From Zygophlyctis sp. KS116 (lineage: Eukaryota > Fungi > Chytridiomycota), in NCBI GenBank assembly GCA_054661495.1, contig BAAFSQ010000146.1, positions 1 to 24,647 of the forward strand: a stretch of 24,647 nucleotides of DNA, given 5' to 3'. Shown here in pieces: positions 1-10,000 of the stretch; position 1 is the stretch's first letter; each line of letters opens with the position of its first letter. A model generated the notes under the pieces. That model saw only the letters and a program-made list of their open reading frames with translations, was not told where the DNA came from and searched no databases. A program made the position numbers and the translations under genes.

Positions 1-1
1 C

Positions 2-181
2 AATATTTGCGAATCATATTCTGGGAAGAAGAAAGACTGCCCTGGTCTAGATAAGAACATGGAACTTTGCGTTAAAGGCCCAAAAGATATGTGTCAAAAG
101 GACAAAGACTGCAAGAAAGATGAGATATGTGAAGACAAAAAACATGACGTGGGAGTTTGTAAAAAGGTGAAAGATCAATGA
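2..181 (+). CDS. C-terminal fragment of a Cys/Lys-rich protein, possibly secreted (5' end outside window)
   Basis: Frame 2 is open from the window edge to TGA at 179-181: NICESYSGKKKDCPGLDKNMELCVKGPKDMCQKDKDCKKDEICEDKKHDVGVCKKVKDQ*. It has 7 Cys, including a CxxDxDCxxxExC...GVC pattern typical of small disulfide-bonded modules. Confidence 0.6.
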   Translation, partial: NICESYSGKKKDCPGLDKNMELCVKGPKDMCQKDKDCKKDEICEDKKHDVGVCKKVKDQ

Positions 182-474
182 GCCAACATCTACCTTTTTA
201 AGTGATGTCAATTTATGCGATTAGAAGAATAAATTACCTTGCTAGAATCTGAGATTATTTCTATTTATACATTTGTCCGAACGCCGTAAAACTTAAGTAG
301 GTATCTAATATGACCTCCATAGGCCCAATCAAGGATCGATCCAATGAACGTAAGGATTATGGGAATATCTTGTTTAAAGGTTTTTCATGATTCATTGTAT
401 GATCAGCCCGCTATTTGGAAGCACTGTATAATAGAATCAATCATTACCATTATTCGTCGTATTTAAAAATCTTA

Positions 475-3224
475 TTAGAAATTAAATGATAATTCACTTG
501 ATATAAATTCTAAAGCAGCGAGATTATATCCGATCGTATCCTTAGTCTTGATGAGGCGAGATCGAAAGGAATTAGAGATCTCTAAAAGTAAGGGGCGGCA
601 TGACCTGGTTGATAATAGTTGATGAAAATGAGTTTTTAATAGGAAATTAAGAACCTTGGCAGAGAGTCGAAGGTTAATAGGCTAAAATTACTAAATTCAA
701 AATTACATTTTTCATCCATTCCTTCATATGACAAAGTAAATTAGAGACTTGAGTAAATGGAAGCATTAATAAGGCTTCTTCTAATTGAAAGGGTTTGATC
801 TTTTGAAATACAGATAAAACTATTTCAGAAGGAGTCATTTCCAAAGATCCAAAAGAGAGTAAAAGTGGATTTCTAGTTGGAGGAGTAAGCTGATTCTTGT
901 TCTAAAGTATTAATGTTTACGAGAAAATACATTTTCATAAATTTCCAAACCAGATAGTTCCTCTTGACTTAATTCCAAAACTAAAAGAATTTTTTCTCCT
1001 GCTTTCATGGTTTCACTAGTTTTAAGGTTGACGCTGGAAATTTCTTTTGTCGTATCTAAATCAGGTTCTTTAGAATCTAAATCCATTTTATCATATATTT
1101 CTTCCAGTTCCTCTTCACGGGCTTCTTCAAGAATAAATTGATCAGATGTTTTTATCCACTTTCTAATAGATCGGTCATGAGATCCAGTAAGAATGAAATT
1201 TCCATATTTTCCCACTGCTAAACTCCAAACTTCTCCAAAATGTCTGGCAAGTTTTTGAATCATTTCCCGGGAATCAACGTCCCAGATTTTAGCACTCTTG
1301 TCTTTAGATACACTTACAAGTAAATGAGTCCCAAAAATAAATTGTATACCCATGACAGAGTCTTCATGGGCTCTAAGAGAGGCATGACAATCACCAAAAT
1401 CTAATCCCCAAATTTTTATTGATTTGTCAGATGATGCTGTTGCAATTAGTAATCCATCGGAAGATATATCTATACTAACCACTGGTAGTTTATGGCCATA
1501 AAGAGATAAAAAGAATTTCAATGAATCTGTATAAAATATTTTAACAGTGCAATCTAAAAGTGCTACTGCAAGTAATTTTCCATCTTGAGAGAGTCGTACA
1601 GAGAGTACATCATCAGTCATTTGTAAAGTTTGAGTAGGTACAACAGTTATACGTTTCTTTGAATAAATATAGTTTCAAATCTTACCACACCGTTTTCTTC
1701 TAAAAGACGAAAGTCCCAAAACTTGACTTTTTTATCTTGAGAACCAGTCACTAATCCAGTTTTTTCTGGTTCAATTTGTAACGACCAGATAGATCCTTCA
1801 TGTGCTTTAATCTTTTCAATCATTGTTCCACATGATAAATCAAATAATTCCAAGTCTCCAGTTTTTGTCCCGGCGATAACATACCTATCACCTGGAAGAA
1901 ATGCAAGACATAAAATATACCCAGAATCAAAAGTATGGATGCATTCTTGCGTATCAGTGTTCCAAATCTTTACCAAATCTAAAACTTTAATTGAAAAAAT
2001 TCATACTAGAAGATCCTGAAGCATATAGTGAATCATCACTGCTTAAAGCTAAAGCTCTCACGTCTGACCTATGACCTTGCCAGCTAATTTCTGATAAAAG
2101 TCTTGTTTCAGACTCTTTTTTCCCAATAATCATTTCATGCCATTCAAGAGTATTATTGGTTAATTGAACCAAAACTCTAAAAATTGAAACTTCTTTTTCT
2201 TTCAATTCAAAATCAAAAGATTTTGTTTTTGCCGAAACCTTTAATTGAGCAACTTTAGGTATATGATCAGTAATTTCTAAAGTGACTGGTTTTATAGAAT
2301 CCTTATTTCTCTTTCTCCTTCTTGCTAGTTTCTTTTCTAGTTCCTGCTCTGATCTTATTTTATAAAACTCAATGATTGAATCTGCCCCTTGTACTCCTAA
2401 ATAATTGCTTAAAAGTTTTAAATTCAAAACTTTTTCTTTTGAAGATCTTTCCAAATTTCCTATTTCGACTAAACTTTTTACTAAATTCCCATCAGCATCC
2501 AACAACTCTTTTGGTGTATTTCCACTTATTTGAGATTTTTTTAAATTTAAAATGTTTGAATCTATACCATAAACTTTTAGACTAGCATCTTCTAATCCCA
2601 AGACAAGATATTTATCATTAATAACTTCAATAGCTCCAATAGATCCTCTTGAAGTGGACACATTTTCAATGCAATTAAAAGTTTTTAAGTCCCAAATTTT
2701 GATTAAAGAATCATTTGCTGATGAAAATAAGACATCATCAATCAACTTTAATCCTGAAATCGAATCCTTATGCCCCTGTAATTTAACTATTCCAGATTCC
2801 GAGATTAAATCCCATAATATAATTTTTGTATCTTTTGATCCCGAAAATAGTCTAGAATTCTCCTGATCAAAACAAAATCTAAAACTTTAATTCATGCATC
2901 ATACCTTGTAATTGATGCATTATGTCCCTGTAATACCAAATGATCATTTTCCCTAAAAATAACAATCTTGCCATCAGAGTAACCGACTGCAAGTCCGAAA
3001 TCTCCAACTTCAAGCATAGTGCTTATACTACTTCCAAGCATACTGCTTGACTTGTTATCAGTATACTCTAGAGCCTTGGTCCTTAACCCTTTTTTCAAAT
3101 CATAAATATTGACTGTATCCAGTCCAGGTACTTTACCGACCGATCCATGCAAAATAACATTCCCAACTGATGATACAATTACCCCAGAGGATGAGAGTGC
3201 AGAGTACTTTTCATAGATTTTCAT
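475..3224 (-). CDS. DIP2: U3 snoRNP/SSU processome WD40 protein Dip2/Utp12 (WDR3), about 870 aa, 6 exons
   Basis: Start [19 protein letters not shown]. Recognisable motifs include [52 protein letters not shown] and the C-terminal Utp12 domain ([10 protein letters not shown]...[10 protein letters not shown]). Inferred introns: 2879-2904 (26 nt), 1979-2006 (28), 1657-1685 (29), 902-930 (29), 682-706 (25). Spliced length is 2613 nt, in frame. Confidence 0.95.
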
Positions 3225-3346
3225 TTTCCAATGCAAAAAAAATTTGTTTTGGTCAAGAAAAATTTGTAGGCAGTCTGATTTTGACAAATAGTATTACTTA
3301 ATGTCACTCTAGTATCAATTATTTAAAAATTTAATAAGCCATTAAG

Positions 3347-3369
3347 TCAAATCCTAATATAGGATTTGA
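3347..3369. repeat. Perfect 10-bp inverted repeat TCAAATCCTA-ata-TAGGATTTGA in the DIP2/LAMTOR2 divergent intergenic region
   Basis: Arms at 3347-3356 and 3360-3369, read directly from the sequence. Confidence 0.8.
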
Positions 3370-3484
3370 GGATTAATGCTTTTCCACATGATCTCTGATC
3401 TGATCTGATACAATTTCCTATTTAGAAACACGATCAGACATTGTTTGTTCGAAGCATTAAAAACTTTAAAGATCGAAATAAAAA

Positions 3485-3858
3485 ATGATTCAATTAAATG
3501 AGCTTTCCAAGCAGCTAGCGACAGTATTAGATTCTCAAATAAATTATTGTGTATTGTTTAATAACGATGGATCAATGATGGCTTATGCTGGAGAAGATCG
3601 GGTTTATGCAAAGAATCTATCTTCGATGCTCTCAAATATTTGGTCTGGATATGATCGGATGGGAGCATCGGATGGAAATATTGAATATCTGATACTAGAC
3701 TGTGAAGGAGGGAAAGTTGTGGTTGTAAGGTTAGAAAAGATCAACTTGTGTTTAATGGGTACTGCGAATGCTCAATTGGGAATGATCAGATTAAAGGTAA
3801 TAAACTTTATTAATAAAAGATAAATGCTATAAAGAGAGATTTACAAAATATATTATAG
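3485..3858 (+). CDS. LAMTOR2: Ragulator subunit LAMTOR2 (Roadblock/LC7 fold), about 116 aa, 2 exons
   Basis: LFNNDGSMMAYAG...SNIWSGYDRMG...LILDCEGGKVVV...LGMIRLK matches LAMTOR2 hallmarks. A 23-nt intron at 3797-3819 (GTAATAAACTTTATTAATAAAAG) gives the helical end INAIKRDLQNIL* with TAG at 3856-3858. Confidence 0.88.
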
Positions 3859-4770
3859 TTTTACCCATTTGTTTAATAATTGATGAGCAATCGTGTAGGA
3901 TTTTGGAACTTTTAATTTGCCATGTCCATTTAATGCATTAATGATTTGACTCTTGGAAAACCAATCGGCATGTTCTAATTCATGGTCCGCACATATAATT
4001 GGGCCAAGAGACTCGGCAGTGGAAAAACATCCAATCATGAGCTGATAAGGGAATGGCCACGGCTGTGAGGATATATATCTAATATTTTTGACTCTAAAAT
4101 TAATAACAATGTAGTACTTTATGTTTGATTCTTCCAATACTTCTCTAGTTACGGCGTCCTCAATTGACTCTCCAGGTTCGAGAAATCCCGCAAGGCAAGA
4201 GTAAAGATCAGGAGGATGTCTAAGACTTCGACCAAGTAAACATGAGTCTCCAGCTTCATTTAATACTAATGTGATCACAACTGGGTCCATCCTAGCATAT
4301 GAGAGCGTTTTGCAGCAGAGACATTGCTTCTTGTGTCCCCAATCAATTACACTAGTTTTATTACCGCATTTACTGCAATAATTATGATCAGCATTCCATG
4401 ATACCAAAGATCTAGCATAGCCTAAAATGCATGCATCCTTTGAATCCAAGTTTGGTAGATATTTTCTGGCATCTTGCCAAGTGCCACTGAAATTCATTTC
4501 ATGTCCGAAATTGGACACATCCAGGGCCCAATATACAGCTTCATTTTCTGTTCCTAGAAATATTGGGCTGCAATCTTCCAGACTTAAGTCCTTGATGCTT
4601 TCCTCTAGTTTCTTTCTGGATGCGTAAAAAGGTAGGCCATCTTTGGACAATGGATTTAGATTATTAAAAAGAATAAACAAATTTTTTGATTTGGATAAGT
4701 CATTTAACAGATCTGTTGATCTCTTAGCAGACAATCGATTTATGAATGATCCAGAAAAGAATGGTTTCAT
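3853..4770 (-). CDS. NPY1: NADH pyrophosphatase/NAD-capped RNA hydrolase (NudC/NUDT12/Npy1), about 297 aa
   Basis: N-terminal FFSGSFINRLS, zinc ribbon YCSKCG...CLCC, YARMDPVVI, Nudix box GFLEPGESIEDAVTREVLEE and the SQPWPFP signature. A 24-nt in-frame intron at 4094-4117 restores EESNIKVKNIRY. Confidence 0.93.
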   Translation of the reverse strand: MKPFFSGSFINRLSAKRSTDLLNDLSKSKNLFILFNNLNPLSKDGLPFYASRKKLEESIKDLSLEDCSPIFLGTENEAVYWALDVSNFGHEMNFSGTWQDARKYLPNLDSKDACILGYARSLVSWNADHNYCSKCGNKTSVIDWGHKKQCLCCKTLSYARMDPVVITLVLNEAGDSCLLGRSLRHPPDLYSCLAGFLEPGESIEDAVTREVLEESNIKYYIVINFRVKNIRYISSQPWPFPYQLMIGCFSTAESLGPIICADHELEHADWFSKSQIINALNGHGKLKVPKSYTIAHQLLNKWVKL

Positions 4771-4773
4771 TGC

Positions 4774-6863
4774 TCAGAACGCGTCGCTGCAAAATATTGA
4801 TATGTCCCGAGAAGAAGAAACTACAACAGTTTGTGTCTTGTTGTTTACTTTGAAGCTATCTGGTCTTTTATCCAAGTCAAAAGAATGCAATATATGTCCT
4901 TGCTGTACATCGTTAAAGTTTTGTAAATCTCCATGCCACCCAAAGTCACTGATTGCAACTTGAACTATATAAACAGAATCCAGAGCGATATCTTTAGCTA
5001 GGACAAGAATGTATTCAAATGTGTAAAAGTCGTAGTCAATAATAATGCATGATTGTGGAAGAAAAGTTTCAGCAGGAACTTGAACGAAACTCCATCCGAC
5101 AGCCGGTTCATTCTTTATAAGATATACTATATTTAGCTAATCAGAATTACCAAAATCTATGGGATCTGTATGCGGTTGTGGAGCGATCAGCCATAATGTT
5201 TTTTTATTCATTGCATCTACCATGGATAGTCTAAATGAACCTTGCTTGATTTCAAAAGGCAAATCAATCATTTCCATAAGGTTAATAGATCTTCCAAAAG
5301 AATGACCAAAATTACTAAAAAGCAACAAAGTTTCTTCAGATAACCTATTTGTGAGTGTTTTTAATGAAAAGATTGAATCCTATCTAGTAAATAAATTAAA
5401 AGGTTACGGGAAAATCAAAGAATTCAAGATCCATTAAAGAATTTGGCTTGTACTCAACATCTGAATCTCTTCCATCCAAAAAATCAGTAAAAGGATTGCT
5501 GTAAATAAAATCCTGAATGTATGAATACAGAATTTCTGTAGGAGAGCAACTTGGGCCAGTATGTGAAGATGAATCAGATAGCCTTGTTTTTTCATTTTTC
5601 ATCCAAGCCATAAATTCAGCGGAACCTGCTAATCCTTTTGAAATTAAAACATCAAATTTAGAAACATGATGCACAATATGTAATAAAATCTCTAGACTAG
5701 AATTATTTTCTAGTTTAAATCCGTCTTTGATTTCATAGCTAGTTTTATCAATTAAACACCTTACTATTCAATAAACCCCAAAATACTTTGATATCCTAAT
5801 AGTAATCTATGATAAATTGGAATGATTTGAGACTGAATAATCTTCTTCATACTATTTAGAGAAACTGTCACAGACTTGCCCCATTTCTCAAGCCCCTAAC
5901 ATTTAAAAGAAATAATTACTAAATCATCAATACCGTGTAAAAGAAACTCTGCAATCACTGATTTTGAAGAACCAAAAGTCGCAAAAGATAAAAATTCATC
6001 CTGTAGCGCAGAATTTACTAATAATTTAGAGAAAATACTTACTTGAATGTTCATTTATAATTTCTTTAATCTTTTTAAATTTAAGTTCTTGCATATCAGA
6101 AAAAGTCGAATATTCATTTTCCAGATTTGATAATGATTCATTCAAATACATCAAGTAGCTATTAACTTGCATTACTATATGAGAAATTTTGGCAATATTA
6201 TCTGAATTTCCCTCTAAAAAAGATGTATCATAAAACCATAATGAAAATACATCATCCTTTTGAGATAAAAAGCACGATTGTAAGAATTTAGATGTCATAC
6301 AAGAGTCTAGAATCTTGCATTCAGGCTCTTGTCTGATATAAATATATATAAAAATTACAATGAATGCATTCCTAATTCCCATAATCCATTCACCCGCAAT
6401 TCCCAATTATTACCATCCGCAGAAATCATAATATTCATATCATCATTTGAGATGTGTTGCAAAAGATTAAATGATAACTTGCGTAGAGGGATCAAACTTG
6501 GCAATATCATATCAAGTTGATCAAGACTTTTAATCTAGAATTATTAATATAATTTACCTTTTGACTATTATTCCAATTTAAATGCGAAACCATGGTTTTA
6601 TGTTCAAACACAACCAAACAACTTTCTACGTGGAGGATCATGATCTTATCATTGAGCACACAACATATAAACTTTCCGTTTGGTTCAAAACTACATTGTA
6701 TGATTTTCTCTTGTTTTCCTTTAAATTGAGACACAATGGAACCGTCTGCCCGATACACAACTAGCGTCCCCGAGAATAAAACGGCTATTAAATCCTTGTT
6801 CGGACATACAGTTATCAGGGATATTCTACTAGAAAATGTAGGAAATTCACTCAATAAGTCCAT
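4774..6863 (-). CDS. APC4: Anaphase-promoting complex subunit 4 (WD40 + helical domain), about 637 aa, 8 exons
   Basis: N-terminal CPNKDLIAV...LVVYR and FEPNGKFICC. Internal LRVNGLWELG, QDEFLSFATFG and GLEKWGKSV, and C-terminal IDYDFYTFEYILVL, follow the ANAPC4 layout. Inferred introns: 6535-6557 (23), 6333-6358 (26), 6018-6042 (25), 5896-5919 (24), 5739-5764 (26), 5380-5407 (28), 5127-5150 (24). Spliced length is 1914 nt, with TGA at 4774-4776. Confidence 0.85.
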
Positions 6864-6880
6864 CGGATGGCTTTTTGATC

Positions 6881-6916
6881 CCCGCTCGCTGAAACGCTAA
6901 ATGACCCGCTCGCTGA
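6881..6916. promoter_or_regulatory. 12-nt GC-rich direct repeat CCCGCTCGCTGA x2 just upstream of the APC4 start
   Basis: Copies at 6881-6892 and 6905-6916, 18-53 nt upstream of the APC4 ATG in an AT-rich background. The regulatory role is inferred from position. Confidence 0.5.
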
Positions 6917-7049
6917 TTGTAAATCATGATGCATCTATTAATCTTAAGATTTCTAATATCTAATTTCTAGAATCTGATATGAATGAAATAATGCAACCAC
7001 TAATAAATATCATACTGAATAATTGTTTATCAAATGAATTAAATCTATG

Positions 7050-10000
7050 CTACATCAAGAATTTGACCATTGATGAGAAAAATGCTTTGGAGCCTTTGGA
7101 TTTTGAACTATCAATGACAACATTGGTAATTGTCCCATTATGTGTGCCCTTTGATATGATTATTTTTCCATTTTCCATGGATAGCTTTCTTATATCTAGT
7201 ATATAAGTCTATATTTTGAATACCTTGTGCAGAAATGATCCATTCAATCTCCAAATTACGCTGGTAAAATAAAAAAAGGTTTGAGTTTGATAATAATATA
7301 ATTGCTTTTTGACCTCTATCATCCAGAGTATTTAATTCTAAATGAGAAATATACTTTTCCAAGGCATATTTTCCTTTAGCTAGTCTTTGTATATATTCTA
7401 ATCCATTTGCTTCATGGAGGTTATAAGGACGAATAACTTTATCTCCAGAAATATATCTAGGAAGTCGGACTCTTTCTAATTCTTTATCAAATACAGTAGC
7501 CGTGTTTTTAATTCCTTCGGTGACTGATGAGGCCAAATCAAAGACTCCAACAACCGGCTTTGTTACTACACCCACAACACCCATTCCCAATCCTTTGAAA
7601 AATCCTCCTATTCCTTCTGATTTTGCTCCTTCCATTGGTTTTGTGAAAATTCCAGTCACTCCAGAAGTTATGCTTTTAGCAAAATTAGCTGCACCATCTG
7701 TAACTCCAGAGATGGCGTGTCGTGGACGATTTCTGCGTAAACGATTTGCTTGAAATTTTTCATCCATCGTAACGACTGAAAGACCTTTTCCGAGACTTCC
7801 AGTAAATTTTGATAAAGTATTGGATACTCCAAATACTGTCTTCTTGAAAAGACTACCTGTCCCTTTAACAAAATTGATTCCGAAATCTTGTGGACGTGAA
7901 ATTTCAAATCCAAGTAGAGGCTCATAAAACATGTCTGACACACCAGAGCTTACCGTACTAAACAATTTTACTGGATTTCCAAGTACATCTGCTGATCCAA
8001 CCACCTTATGAAGCTGTCCAACTACTTCTTGCGAATAAAATGTAAAAATTAAATTTGCCAGCTGTTTAAAAGGCCCATTTGCATGCTGAAGTTCCAAAGC
8101 ATTCAATCGGATAGGAGCGTCCTAATCAGTAAATAATTATCACTTACATGAATATTTCCAATTGTCATCATAAATATATCAGCGAGAAATGCACTGAGAT
8201 AAGTTTATATTTATTTACCGTGGATCCGTCGACTTTCGTGTCAATCTAGTGCGAGAAAATGATATATTAAATTGCAAGGGATGAAACAATAGCCGATCAA
8301 AGTATAAAATGGTGTCATCATCCGAAATCTGAGGCCCATCTCCGAAAGACTCATTTGATATAATATAACTATCGTCATTTGTTGGGTTAAGAATAAGAGA
8401 TTTGCGAAATTCAACAAGATCCATAAGGAAATCCTCATCAAAGCTTACAGAAATTTCCTGCATCAGTAGAGTAACCCATTGATAATAATCAACTCCATAT
8501 GCTGAAAATATTAGAATTAATGACTAAATTACTCTTATCTTTACTTTGACACATTGAAGCCAAAAATACCGGATGGGTGTCCTTATTATCCTTTGGAATT
8601 ACAGACGGAAATACAAAAATTGGTTCCAAAGTCGGAGATAGCTGGTTATCAATCTACAATATAAATTTAAACAAAAAAAATACTTGAATCCATGTTATTC
8701 CCAATGAGTAGAGGAAATCCCGATTTGAATCACAAAAATTATACTCAACCTCTTTAGCAGAAAAATAAAGCAATTCCTAAGTATTAAAGGAGCAATTCTA
8801 AAGTACTTCTACTTTGTGATTGATGACAGAGATTCCAATACCTTCAAGTCGGATATTGATATCAAATAGAATTATTTTACTCATCTCCTATGATTATTAC
8901 TAGATCCATTTTGATACCGTAAGCATAGCATCTGCTGATGCCCTTTGCTCCGCAGATTTAGAAGAAGATGATGTTTCAAAACTTCCATGATTCTTGTTCT
9001 CAATATTTTCAGATCCTAAAGTTGTGACCCGAAGGATTATAACAGGTCCATCAGCCACTACCTGAATTCCAAAATAAGCTGGCCCATTTTGAAGCTTTTT
9101 GCAAAGCATCGGATCTCTCGTTCCAATTTTCAGAAGATCGATAGACCGCTCCTCTCCACAAATATTTAGTACGAGAAGCTTTTTAGTACTTGATGTATCA
9201 TCCCATGCATAGTTTATGGTTTCATTTTTACGAATAAGGTATGTCCTAGGTCGACTTGATTTTTGCCAAATTGCAATGCTTTCATTAGATTCATTCTCAA
9301 TTCGGTAAGGCCATCGCCCTGTAACCTTTTGAAATGTAACATAGAATGTTGCCCCTTCTAGAATAATATCAGCACGAATCAGTTCATCTGTCGTTTCGCC
9401 AATCTTATTGACCTTTATGTAAGTACGACCAACCTCTTCTACAGCAAACGGTTTAGACCTTATAATAAATAGTTCATAATTACCATTCACAGTTTCTAAC
9501 CTTTAAAGAGATCTCATGAGAACCTTCTTCACAGTCCGAAAAGTGGGTTAAATCTCGACGACAGCCAGCTAGTAAAGAAAGATGATTATTCGAATTTTTC
9601 AGCCGGAAAAAAATCTCTTCCTTCATATTACTCATAATCACGATTCTGGGATATATCGTTACAACTTTTGACATAAAATACTATTGTTAATCTATTAACT
9701 GTCTTACTTTTCCTTCGCCTTCTTGGATCTTAACTCCTAACTGTACAGTTGCTGCATTCCGTTCAAAAGGGATAGATAAATTGAGGGATGTACCAACCGC
9801 ATCCAAACTGATAGGCTTGCACCAGCTCTTACAATCATCAACACTAAGTTGTACACGGTTTCGCAATGATTCGGCCTTTGGATAAGAAAATAAATATGGC
9901 TCGATTATTTTCTCCAGAGGATTTGGTACTTTGCGCACTTTGCCGATTCCTGATGTATCTAAAAGACTCTTTGAACGTAGGAATAGATCTAATCCAGTTC

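Noticed and set aside
2892-3287. ORF-track start at 3287 (TTG) for DIP2
   Set aside because: Dip2 homology begins at MKIYEKY (ATG 3224); the upstream extension is non-ATG and lies in promoter-like sequence.
4821-4848. Possible extra 28-nt intron near the APC4 3' end (GTAAACAAC...TGTAG)
   Set aside because: The unspliced frame (FKVNNKTQTVVVSSSRDISIF) fits the expected terminal APC4 beta strands. Even if spliced, the new TGA would overlap the NPY1 ATG, so the tight junction would remain.
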